Virus record (IMG/VR): IMGVR_UViG_3300042291_002144
DNA: 64,000 nt
Direction: 5' to 3' (one strand)
Source: an uncultured virus (IMG/VR IMGVR_UViG_3300042291_002144)
Taxonomy: Duplodnaviria; Heunggongvirae; Uroviricota; Caudoviricetes
Of the stretch, positions 41,953 through 50,712 are shown in pieces. Both the position numbers and the translations under genes were made by a program. The notes below the pieces were generated by a model. The model did no database searches and was not told where the DNA came from. It saw only the letters and a list, made by a program, of their open reading frames with translations. Position 1 is the first letter of the stretch. Every line of letters begins with the position of its first letter.

Positions 41953-42957
41953 ATGGCAAGTTCACTTTTTACAGAACGTATAGAATATAAACCATTTGAA
42001 TATCCAATATATTATACTGAAGGTTGGCTTAAACAAGCACAAGCATTTTGGCTACACACTGAAATCTCTATGCAAGGTGATGTTAAAGATTGGAATGAAA
42101 ATCTATCAGACTCTGAACGTAATTTAGTTGGCAATATTCTATTGGGCTTTGCTCAAACTGAATGTGCAGTTTCAGATTACTGGACAGGTATGGTAGTTAA
42201 ATGGTTTCCTAAGCATGAAATTAAACAAATGGCTATGATTTTTGGTTCACAAGAGACAATCCACGCTACTGCTTATTCTTATTTGAATGAGACTCTAGGA
42301 CTTGATAATTTTGCAGCATTCCTACATGAGCCAACTATTGCAAATAAATTTGATTTTTTACTATCTACTAGTAATGATTACTCACATATCGATTTATTTG
42401 AATCTTCTGATGCCCGTAGAGACGTTGCTAGATCATTAGCTATATTTTCCGCATTTGCAGAAGGAGTATCCCTCTATTCGTCATTTGCAGTACTCTACTC
42501 ATTTCAAATGAGAGATTTATTAAAAGGAGTCGGCCAACAAATGAAGTGGTCAGTTAGAGATGAATCTCTTCATTCTAGAATGGGATGTCAATTATTTAAT
42601 CATATGTGCGAAGAATACCCTCAATTAAGAGATCAAGTTCAAGCTGAAGTAGAAGAAGCTGCATTTTTAATGGTAGAAATGGAGCTTAGATTTATCGATA
42701 AAATGTTTGAAATGGGAGATCTTGAAAATCTTAAAGCTGATAATCTAAAAGATTTTATTAAAAAACGTGCAAATGAAAAATTAAATGAGTTAGGTTATGA
42801 ATCGATTTTTCATTATAGTGAAGAGTCCGCTTCTGAACTTGACTGGTTTTATCATCTTACTGGTGGACATACTCATACTGACTTTTTTGCAATCAGACCT
42901 ACTGATTATGCAAAAGCAGGAGAAGATGAAAACTGGGACGAGGACAATATATTCTAA
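41953..42957 (+). CDS. nrdB: Class I ribonucleotide reductase beta subunit
   Basis: KPFEYP, E..H...Y, EGV.LYSSF, RDESLH and DFF..RPT.Y motifs. Confidence 0.95.
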   Translation: MASSLFTERIEYKPFEYPIYYTEGWLKQAQAFWLHTEISMQGDVKDWNENLSDSERNLVGNILLGFAQTECAVSDYWTGMVVKWFPKHEIKQMAMIFGSQETIHATAYSYLNETLGLDNFAAFLHEPTIANKFDFLLSTSNDYSHIDLFESSDARRDVARSLAIFSAFAEGVSLYSSFAVLYSFQMRDLLKGVGQQMKWSVRDESLHSRMGCQLFNHMCEEYPQLRDQVQAEVEEAAFLMVEMELRFIDKMFEMGDLENLKADNLKDFIKKRANEKLNELGYESIFHYSEESASELDWFYHLTGGHTHTDFFAIRPTDYAKAGEDENWDEDNIF

Positions 42958-42972
42958 AAAAAAATAAAAGTT

Positions 42973-43257
42973 ATGACTAATGTGCTAAACACGATTGCTG
43001 AATTGCAATCTAAAACTATCGAGACAGTTTTTGAAAATGCAAAAAATATGCCTCAAACATTAACCAACTTATTTGGTGTATCAACTGATACCTTTAAGAC
43101 TTCTTGGATGAATGTTGAAAATGCAAAAGCAATGTATGAAAATAATAAAAAATTTCACACAGCTTATGCTACTTACAATAAAGCACTTGCTGAAATGTAT
43201 GAAGCTGCTTACTCTAATATTGAATTAGTTAATAAAGAGTCTATTAAATCTAATTAA
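42973..43257 (+). CDS. Hypothetical amphipathic helical protein
   Basis: 94-aa ORF between nrdB and nrdA. Confidence 0.6.
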   Translation: MTNVLNTIAELQSKTIETVFENAKNMPQTLTNLFGVSTDTFKTSWMNVENAKAMYENNKKFHTAYATYNKALAEMYEAAYSNIELVNKESIKSN

Positions 43258-43266
43258 AAATAATAT

Positions 43267-45075
43267 ATGTCAGACAATAATGAATTTAATCATGGCGAAA
43301 TTTTTGGCTGGAAATTAGGAGTTGATTATCCAATTTGGGCAAATACTGAAGTATATGTTAAAACTGTATCTAAAGGGTATTTACTTAACGGGGAAACTCC
43401 AAAGGATGCATATTGGAGAGTCTCAACATCTGTTGCTAAAAGAAATGGAAAGCCAGAAATGGCATCTAAATATTTTGATTATATTTGGAAAGGGTGGCTT
43501 AATCTAGCTACTCCAGTTCTTTCAAATACTGGAACTGAACGTGGCTTACCTATTTCATGCTTTGGAATAGATGTTGCTGACTCGATTGCAGATATTGGTG
43601 GCAAGAACCTAGAGTTAATGTTATTGGCTAAACATGGAGGAGGCGTAGGAATTGGGGTAAATCAAGTAAGACATGCCGGGTCAAAGATTTCTCAAAATGG
43701 TACATCTGATGGAATAGTACCTTTTTGTAAAGTATATGATTCATCTGTTCTTGCAACAAATCAAGGAAATGTTCGTAGAGGAGCAGCTTCAGTAAATATT
43801 GATATTGAACATGGTGATTTTTGGGATTGGCTAGAAATTAGAGAGCCTAAGGGAGATATTAATCGCCAATGTTTAAATTTACATCAATGCGTTGTTGTAT
43901 CTGATGACTTTATGCAAAAATTAGAACATGGCGATAAGGAAGCTAGACGCAGATGGACTGCAGTCTTACGAAAACGTAAGACTACTGGCGAACCATATAT
44001 TATGTACAAAGGAAACGTTAATCGTCAAAATCCTGAAGCATATAAGAAGAATGGCCTTAAAGTATACATGACAAACATATGTAGTGAAATTACTCTACAT
44101 ACTGATGAAAATCATTCATTTGTATGTTGCCTGTCCTCTTTAAACTTAGCAAAATATGATGAGTGGAAAGATACTGATCTTATCTATACTGCTACTTGGT
44201 TTCTAGATGGTGTTCTTGAAGAATTTATTCAAAGAGCAAAATACATGAGAGGTTTTGAAAATTCAGTAAGATCTGCTGAAAAAGGAAGAGCTTTAGGTTT
44301 AGGCGTCCTAGGCTGGCATACTTACTTACAAAATAAAAATATTCCATTTGATTCTTTACCTGCTCAATTTGAGACGCGAAAAATATTTTCTCAAATTAAA
44401 ATAGAAAGTGAAAGAGCCAGTAGAGATATGGCAAGAGAATATGTTGAGCCATTATGGTGCGTTGGGACAGGCATGCGAAATACTCATTTAAGAGCAATTG
44501 CACCTACTGTGTCTAATTCAAAACTTTCTGGTAATGTTTCAGCAGGTATTGAGCCTTGGGCGGCTAATGTATTTACTGAACAGACTGCAAAAGGTACTTT
44601 CATTAGAAAGAATCCATCCTTAGAAAAAGTATTAGATAAAATTGGTCATAATACTAAAGATACTTGGGATCAAATCTTAATTGATGGGGGATCGGTTCAA
44701 GGTTTAGACTTTATGGATAATTATTATGTTAAATTAGGAGAAATAGGAAGCCCAATTACTTTATCTAAATTTTCTAAATTATCGGAACTTGAGAAAGGTA
44801 CATATATTCCATTAAAAGAAGTGTATTTAACATTTAAAGAATTAAATCAACTTGAATTAGTTCGTCAAGCTGGAATAAGGCAACAATATATCGATCAATC
44901 AGTTTCATTAAATCTTGCGTTTCCTACAGAAGCTGAGCCTAAGTTTATTAATCAAGTTCATCTAGAAGCATATAATTCTGGAATTAAAACATTATACTAT
45001 ATGCGAACTGAATCTGTTCTTAGAGGAGATATATCAGCTAGAGCAATGACTGACTGTTTAAGCTGTGATGGATAA
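43267..45075 (+). CDS. nrdA: Class I ribonucleotide reductase alpha subunit (no ATP cone)
   Basis: PISCF, GGGVG, NICSEI, CCLSS, APT.S, LYY and C-terminal CLSCDG motifs. Confidence 0.95.
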   Translation: MSDNNEFNHGEIFGWKLGVDYPIWANTEVYVKTVSKGYLLNGETPKDAYWRVSTSVAKRNGKPEMASKYFDYIWKGWLNLATPVLSNTGTERGLPISCFGIDVADSIADIGGKNLELMLLAKHGGGVGIGVNQVRHAGSKISQNGTSDGIVPFCKVYDSSVLATNQGNVRRGAASVNIDIEHGDFWDWLEIREPKGDINRQCLNLHQCVVVSDDFMQKLEHGDKEARRRWTAVLRKRKTTGEPYIMYKGNVNRQNPEAYKKNGLKVYMTNICSEITLHTDENHSFVCCLSSLNLAKYDEWKDTDLIYTATWFLDGVLEEFIQRAKYMRGFENSVRSAEKGRALGLGVLGWHTYLQNKNIPFDSLPAQFETRKIFSQIKIESERASRDMAREYVEPLWCVGTGMRNTHLRAIAPTVSNSKLSGNVSAGIEPWAANVFTEQTAKGTFIRKNPSLEKVLDKIGHNTKDTWDQILIDGGSVQGLDFMDNYYVKLGEIGSPITLSKFSKLSELEKGTYIPLKEVYLTFKELNQLELVRQAGIRQQYIDQSVSLNLAFPTEAEPKFINQVHLEAYNSGIKTLYYMRTESVLRGDISARAMTDCLSCDG

Positions 45076-45097
45076 TCTAAAAATAAAATAGTATATG

Positions 45098-45128
45098 AAG
45101 CAGCAAAGATTACTTTGCTGCTTTTTTG
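45098..45128 (+). terminator. Rho-independent terminator
   Basis: aagcagcaaag-atta-ctttgctgctt followed by T residues. Confidence 0.85.
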
Positions 45129-45132
45129 TTTA

Positions 45133-45142
45133 GATAAATAAT
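45133..45142 (+). promoter_or_regulatory. Putative late promoter GATAAATAAT
   Basis: Motif immediately after the terminator. Confidence 0.65.
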
Positions 45143-45159
45143 AAAAAAATATATTTTTC

Positions 45160-45375
45160 ATGCTTAATTTCAATCAATTTATAAATGAAAGTAAAGACCA
45201 TGAATTTGATTCAATCGATGCTGGAGATACTGTTCAATGGGCAGGTTCTACTCGTAAAGTTACAAAAGTTGGCAATAGTATAATCCATATTGGAACTACG
45301 AAAGTTAATAAAGGTCAATGGAAACAGAGAGATGGGAAAATAATTGAAAAAGCAAAGAAAGAAGATGACAAATAA
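45160..45375 (+). CDS. Small basic protein; candidate head-internal protein
   Basis: N-terminal MLNFNQFINES. Confidence 0.55.
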   Translation: MLNFNQFINESKDHEFDSIDAGDTVQWAGSTRKVTKVGNSIIHIGTTKVNKGQWKQRDGKIIEKAKKEDDK

Positions 45376-45856
45376 ATATATATTTAATTTTACTGATTTC
45401 TTAATTGAACAAGATATGGGCTCTGTTCTTGGTGCACCAGCTGCACCAGTTGCAGCAACACCAGCTATAAAATATGATTTCTTATTTATGACTGGCTCGG
45501 ATGACGCAGGTAACAACCGTCGCAAATATCCAGATGGTAGTATAATTATTGAGTATCCGTGTTATTCAATTAAGTCAGAAGATTTAGAAAAATGGACAAA
45601 GGATAATATCATATCTTCTGATAAAAATAAACTAAATACTCCTGAATTAGAAGTTCGTCGAAAAAGTATAGTTGATATAGTTAAAGGGGATCGTATAAAT
45701 ATATCAAATGATGATCTTCCATTTATTGAAAAATTAAAAAACGCAACTTCTGCTAATTTAATTGGTAAAATTGAACCTGATGTATCTGTTATATTTTCAG
45801 ATGGTAAACCAACAACTGATAATATAAATGTAACTTTCATAAAACATAAAAAGTAA
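45365..45856 (+). CDS. Hypothetical protein; candidate head-internal protein (ATG at 45365 preferred)
   Basis: N-terminal YIFNFTDFLIEQ. Confidence 0.55.
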   Translation: MTNKYIFNFTDFLIEQDMGSVLGAPAAPVAATPAIKYDFLFMTGSDDAGNNRRKYPDGSIIIEYPCYSIKSEDLEKWTKDNIISSDKNKLNTPELEVRRKSIVDIVKGDRINISNDDLPFIEKLKNATSANLIGKIEPDVSVIFSDGKPTTDNINVTFIKHKK

Positions 45857-46605
45857 TGATTAAATCATTTCTACAATTTATAAACGAAGATATGGATCTT
45901 AAACTTGAATTCATTAAAGGATTAGCTCAAAATCTAATCGATAGACTTCGTACTTCATCATCAGATGAAAGTACAGAATATTCAGTTTTTGCAGGTATGC
46001 ACTTTTCTGAGCCATTTGAATTTGACTTAATATTAAAATTTAGAAAAGAAGTAAATCCTGACATTGCTACAGATTCACATTTTAATAAATTACCTTGGGA
46101 AAAAATAAATTTCGATGAGTTAGGATATGCAATAGATGCAAATACTAAAATGAATAAATCCAAATCTAAAATACCAAGCATTACTATTCATATTCTAATT
46201 AATCCTAAAGAGGAACCTTCATTATATCGTAAACTATATTATCGATTACTTGATATCCTTACTCATGAAACAAACCACCTAAACCAATTAGGTCTTAATC
46301 GTGAACCTTTTAATACTGATGTTTCTGATATACGAGATCGAGATTCTTCTAAAAAAAGCTATAAATATTTTTTATTACCTGATGAAGTAGAGTCAATGGT
46401 TGAAGGGATGTATGCCCGATCAAAATCGGAACATCGAAACTTAGATGAAATATTTAATGATTATCTTCAGCCATTCATTGAATCTGAATATATAACTAAA
46501 TCAGAATATTGGTTAGTTATGAGAGTTTGGGTAAAAGCAGCATTAGAATTATACCCAGACGCAAGATTTTCAAATAAAGTTAAATCAATAATTAGTTCAA
46601 TATAA
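45856..46605 (+). CDS. HExxH zinc metallopeptidase-like protein; candidate head-internal protein
   Basis: MIKSFLQFINED; LTHETNHLNQ; Y...PDEVE. Confidence 0.6.
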   Translation: MIKSFLQFINEDMDLKLEFIKGLAQNLIDRLRTSSSDESTEYSVFAGMHFSEPFEFDLILKFRKEVNPDIATDSHFNKLPWEKINFDELGYAIDANTKMNKSKSKIPSITIHILINPKEEPSLYRKLYYRLLDILTHETNHLNQLGLNREPFNTDVSDIRDRDSSKKSYKYFLLPDEVESMVEGMYARSKSEHRNLDEIFNDYLQPFIESEYITKSEYWLVMRVWVKAALELYPDARFSNKVKSIISSI

Positions 46606-46651
46606 AAACCATTTTATTGTATATAGTAAAAGACAATAAAATTATTATAAA

Positions 46652-46930
46652 ATGAACGATTTTGAAAAACTAAAAACTGAGATTACAAACGCTCAAAATT
46701 CTATCTTTAACCCATTATTTGATCTTATTAATTCTGCACAAGATGATGCTGATAAATATTATAATAAAGGTGTAAAGAGTGCAGGCAATCGCCTTAAAAG
46801 AAAAATGCAAGACATTAGAAAAGCTATTAAACATCCTGCAATAAAAGCAGAAATGGCAAATCTTCAAGAAAATGCTAAAACTATTCGTCAAACATTAACT
46901 GACGAGATTTCTACAAAAGTAGAAGCTTAA
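46652..46930 (+). CDS. Histone H1-like (Hc1-family) nucleoid protein
   Basis: DADKYYNKGVKSAGNRLKRKMQDI resembles the bacterial Hc1 core (KF..KGNKAAGTR.RK); promoter at 46607-46631. Confidence 0.7.
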   Translation: MNDFEKLKTEITNAQNSIFNPLFDLINSAQDDADKYYNKGVKSAGNRLKRKMQDIRKAIKHPAIKAEMANLQENAKTIRQTLTDEISTKVEA

Positions 46931-46947
46931 TAAAATATCTTTTACAT

Positions 46948-47112
46948 ATGACACCTGAGGAATCACTAAATATAATCGAGCAAGCATTAAATGCTGCTAC
47001 ATTGAAAGGTCAAGTATTTACATTAGCTGATATTGGTCAAATATTATCTGCTTTAAATGTATTACATACAACCATTGCTACTTCTTCTATATTAGAAAAA
47101 ATAGAAGAATAA
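46948..47112 (+). CDS. Small hypothetical protein (54 aa, not in ORF track)
   Basis: MTPEESLNIIEQALNAATLKGQVFTLADIGQILSALNVL...; resembles ORF 48258. Confidence 0.65.
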   Translation: MTPEESLNIIEQALNAATLKGQVFTLADIGQILSALNVLHTTIATSSILEKIEE

Positions 47113-47134
47113 TAAACTATCTTTTCATAAAATT

Positions 47135-47161
47135 AAATGCCTCTTTTTGAGGCATTTTTTG
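47135..47161 (+). terminator. Rho-independent terminator
   Basis: aaatgcctc-ttttt-gaggcattt followed by T residues. Confidence 0.8.
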
Positions 47162-47216
47162 CATTTTATGAAACAGTTGAGTATTTTGTAGTATAATAAT
47201 TAAAAATAAAATAATT

Positions 47217-48239
47217 ATGACAGATTTTTTTGATTTACCAGAAGAAACCTTTTCTAAGCAAAGACAAGCAAGTAGTAAAAGAACAGACCCTAACGTCTAT
47301 GACCCAGACCCAAACGCGTATAATGGCTCGTACAAGTCAGTATTTAGGTTAGTACCTTACATTTTTGACAAAACTAAAAGTAAGTATACTAAATATACTG
47401 CAAAATTTTGGAATCCTTTAACTAAGGAATCATTAGTTATTGATTGTCCATCAAATGTTGAGAAGCCATCAATTCTTTGGACTATGGAATCAGTTCTACG
47501 TTCTCTTAAAAAAGAAGAACCAGAATTAGCTGAAGATATCAGCTCACGTTTTTCTAGATGGAATACTCACCATTCCGCAGTATACATTAAGAAAGACCCA
47601 CAAAGACCAGATTTAGAAGGCAGTATTAAAATCTTTAAGTTTAGAAACCAAATTGACCAGCTTATTGATCAATTAGTTAATCCTGAAGAAATGGACGGAT
47701 TAACTACTTCTAAAAAAATAAATCCATATCATCTTCTTGAAGGTAAAGATTTATTATGTGTAGTTGGTAAAAAGACTCAACAATTTAGAGATTGGTCTAA
47801 ATGTAAATTCATGGATGAAGTTACTCCATTAGTATTTAAAGTTGGCGATACTCAAGTTCAAGTTAAGAATGAAGAGAAATCAGTTAAATTAGTTAATGAA
47901 TTTTTAACTAAGAATACTCCTAAAATGGATGAATACTTTCACCAAGACTGGACTGATGAGACTTTTGATAAAGTTGCACAAGCAATCATTGCAACAGTTC
48001 CTCAAAAGGAAATCTTAGAGATGATTTTGGAACGAAGCAAAGATACTAAAATGAATGAATTAGTTCGTTCAAAAATGAAAGGTGGAAAAACTACTAAACC
48101 TGCAGCATCCGTGAATGATGATTTAGATTTTACAAGTAGCCCATCTTCAGTTACTCCAGCATCTAACAATATTGAAAAAGAAGCAGTTACTTCTAACGAT
48201 TCAGATGATGAATACGATTCTTTATTTAAAGATTTATAA
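47217..48239 (+). CDS. Single-stranded DNA-binding protein (T4 gp32-like)
   Basis: Y..KDPQRPDLEG.IKIFKF, NPY.LLEG.D, acidic tail; promoter at 47172-47196. Confidence 0.85.
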   Translation: MTDFFDLPEETFSKQRQASSKRTDPNVYDPDPNAYNGSYKSVFRLVPYIFDKTKSKYTKYTAKFWNPLTKESLVIDCPSNVEKPSILWTMESVLRSLKKEEPELAEDISSRFSRWNTHHSAVYIKKDPQRPDLEGSIKIFKFRNQIDQLIDQLVNPEEMDGLTTSKKINPYHLLEGKDLLCVVGKKTQQFRDWSKCKFMDEVTPLVFKVGDTQVQVKNEEKSVKLVNEFLTKNTPKMDEYFHQDWTDETFDKVAQAIIATVPQKEILEMILERSKDTKMNELVRSKMKGGKTTKPAASVNDDLDFTSSPSSVTPASNNIEKEAVTSNDSDDEYDSLFKDL

Positions 48240-48257
48240 AAAAAAAAATAATTTATT

Positions 48258-48551
48258 ATGACAACAACTGTAAATGAAACTGTAAATGAGCCTGTAAATG
48301 AGACTCAACAAACGACTGAACAAACGCAGCAACAAAATATTCTATTTGGAACTATTTCATATGCTGATGACGCAGCGTACGAAGAATTCTTAGGAAATAT
48401 GAATATTAACCATGCATTATTTGTTTTAATAGCCTCTGCTAATTTTTCACAATCTAAGGGTGTCTTTAATTTACTTGAATCTGAGACTATTTCTACTGCA
48501 ATTAGAACTATTCGTAAGAATGGTGAAGCACAAGAAGAGGCTCAAAAATAA
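48258..48551 (+). CDS. Hypothetical protein
   Basis: N-terminal 12-bp tandem repeat (TVNE-TVNE-PVNE); KGVFNLLE motif. Confidence 0.65.
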   Translation: MTTTVNETVNEPVNETQQTTEQTQQQNILFGTISYADDAAYEEFLGNMNINHALFVLIASANFSQSKGVFNLLESETISTAIRTIRKNGEAQEEAQK

Positions 48552-48566
48552 CTTTAAAAATTAACA

Positions 48567-49706
48567 ATGGACTTAATTATAGACGGTAACGCCTTTATTA
48601 ATGTCGCGATAAGCGTCACTAAAGCTCAAACATCTAACGATAAGAGAACAGGTGATGCTTATTATGTTAATGATTTATTTAATGATAATGGGTTTATTTT
48701 AAAAGAACATGTAAAGATAACATTTAGAAATTTTTGTTTTACTTACTTAAATTCTTTAATTACCCCAATATCGTCTCATCCGCAAAGAGTCCATATCGTT
48801 TTTGATTCAGCAAGTTGGAGAAAAGAATATACTAATGAGTTCTTTAAAAATTCAGATTTTAAAACTACTTCTGCACCAACTGAGTTTAAATACAAAGGGA
48901 ATCGTAAATACGATGAACATCAATATCTTTTCTTTGATTATTTTCAACAAGTATTTATGCCACAATTAACGGCTAATGCTGGAATAAATCAATATAAATT
49001 TAAAGGTACTGAGGGAGATGACATCATAGCATATTTATGCGATATACTAAATTGCGACATCTTGATTTACACAGTAGATCAGGATATAAAACAAACAACT
49101 GGAAATCCTAATAAAAATGTATTAGTGATTACTCCAAAACAAATGGCTAAGACTAAGAGATTATTTAGATCTTCTAAGTTGATTCCAACTGCTGCTAACG
49201 AAGAAATTGATAATTTCTTTTCACTAAGTGATGCTCACATTACTGGTGCATCAATTGAAAAAACTATTTCTAATTTAGTAAATAAAGATTTTGTTGAACA
49301 TGAAGTTGATTTTGTAGAAGATGTATTAAGTAAAATATTATCTGGCGATAAATCAGATAATATCCCTAAGATAACTAGTGTTTCTCCAGCAAAAGCTAAG
49401 AAAATAATTTCAGCAGTTCACGATAAATTTGGAGATTCAGTAATCTTTAAGATTGACGATTTAGATGAAGATGTTATTAATGGAATAGTTTCCGAGATCC
49501 AAATAGTAAATAAAATAAAGGATCAGGATAAAATAGATGAGATTAGAGAACATTTACTATTTAATATTAAGTTAACTCGTCTATCAATTAAAGTATTCCC
49601 AGATGAGATCCGAGATACCTTGACCGAATTCTTTGATACATATCAAATGACAAATTTTAATAGTCGCGAGTTTACAAATTTAAAAAATAACCCATCATTA
49701 CTATGA
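48567..49706 (+). CDS. 5'-3' exonuclease/RNase H (T4 rnh/FEN family)
   Basis: IIDGN, VFD..SWRK, YKGNR, EGDD, D.D and GDKSDNIP motifs. Confidence 0.9.
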   Translation: MDLIIDGNAFINVAISVTKAQTSNDKRTGDAYYVNDLFNDNGFILKEHVKITFRNFCFTYLNSLITPISSHPQRVHIVFDSASWRKEYTNEFFKNSDFKTTSAPTEFKYKGNRKYDEHQYLFFDYFQQVFMPQLTANAGINQYKFKGTEGDDIIAYLCDILNCDILIYTVDQDIKQTTGNPNKNVLVITPKQMAKTKRLFRSSKLIPTAANEEIDNFFSLSDAHITGASIEKTISNLVNKDFVEHEVDFVEDVLSKILSGDKSDNIPKITSVSPAKAKKIISAVHDKFGDSVIFKIDDLDEDVINGIVSEIQIVNKIKDQDKIDEIREHLLFNIKLTRLSIKVFPDEIRDTLTEFFDTYQMTNFNSREFTNLKNNPSLL

Positions 49707-50002
49707 AACCTTTATACGAAAGAGTTTTAGTTAAACCTAATAATAAGGAGACTAAAACAGCACAAGGAATTATGCTTCCTGAAAAAGCAGTTAAAAAACC
49801 AAATATTGGGATAGTTATTAATACTGGCGACGGTACTCCAAATAATCCAATGAAGGTTAAATCTGGCGATCTAATCCTATTTAATAGATATGCTGGTGCT
49901 GAATTGCTATTTAAAGGTGAAAAACATTATGTTATAATGGCCAATGAAATTATTGGTATTCTAGATGACATTAATGATATTTCACTAGAAGAATTTGAAT
50001 AA
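49703..50002 (+). CDS. groES: Co-chaperonin GroES
   Basis: MKPLYERVLV, T..GI.LP, VK.GD..LF..YAG motifs. Confidence 0.95.
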   Translation: MKPLYERVLVKPNNKETKTAQGIMLPEKAVKKPNIGIVINTGDGTPNNPMKVKSGDLILFNRYAGAELLFKGEKHYVIMANEIIGILDDINDISLEEFE

Positions 50003-50032
50003 AAAAAAGAGGAGCAAATGCTCCTCTTTTTA
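50003..50032. terminator. Bidirectional terminator between convergent genes
   Basis: aaaaaagaggagc-aaat-gctcctctttttt. Confidence 0.85.
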
Positions 50033-50638
50033 TTTTATATCAGTTGACTCTAATAAAGTATAACTAAATTTATTTCCATGGATCTTAACAGCTTTTTTAC
50101 AGATTGCTAAAAATACATCAAAATCCTTTACTCTTTTAAATACCTGACATCCTTCTGACCAGTTTTCTACCCAAGTAGAATCTTGTCCAGCCTTATGGAT
50201 ATTGATACCGAAAATTCCAGTATCAATTACTGTTTCTTCAAAAAGAAGATCTTTATTTGCATCTCTCCATACTTTAACATTACCGTTTCTTTGGCAAAGC
50301 GCATCATATTTTCCTTGGTGTTTATCAATTGACCATACTCCTCGATATTGTCCAGGAACCAATCTAGCTACTCCATTTTTATTATGGAATTGTTGAACTC
50401 CCTTTTTACCTGGATCACAGGTTGCTGCCCATTCATAAAATTGCCATTCACCAGTTTTATCCTTAAATGAAATAGTTAAAGTATCATCAAAAACATTAGT
50501 AACTTTTTTATATACTGATGGTTCACAATTTCGTACACCTACAATATTTACATCATACGATTTATTTGCAGTATCTTCAAACCACACAAATCCCTTTGTT
50601 TTTAACGCAGCTTCTACTTGTTCTCTAGTATAACTCAT
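50030..50638 (-). CDS. Putative peptidoglycan enzyme/endolysin with L,D-transpeptidase-like His/Cys motif
   Basis: GINIH...WSEGCQV; late motif at 50653-50662. Confidence 0.6.
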   Translation of the reverse strand: MSYTREQVEAALKTKGFVWFEDTANKSYDVNIVGVRNCEPSVYKKVTNVFDDTLTISFKDKTGEWQFYEWAATCDPGKKGVQQFHNKNGVARLVPGQYRGVWSIDKHQGKYDALCQRNGNVKVWRDANKDLLFEETVIDTGIFGINIHKAGQDSTWVENWSEGCQVFKRVKDFDVFLAICKKAVKIHGNKFSYTLLESTDIK

Positions 50639-50667
50639 AATCTTTCTTTTTTATTATTTATCAAAAC

Positions 50668-50697
50668 AAAAAAAGAGATCTAGCGATCTCTTTTTTA
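50668..50697 (-). terminator. Terminator after tail sheath gene
   Basis: aaaaaagagatc-tagc-gatctctttttt. Confidence 0.8.
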
Positions 50698-50712
50698 TAA
50701 TTATCATTGCTA

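Noticed and set aside
48267..48302. 12-bp tandem repeat as a contingency locus
   Set aside because: Three imperfect in-frame copies in a low-complexity N-terminus, with no effect on reading frame.
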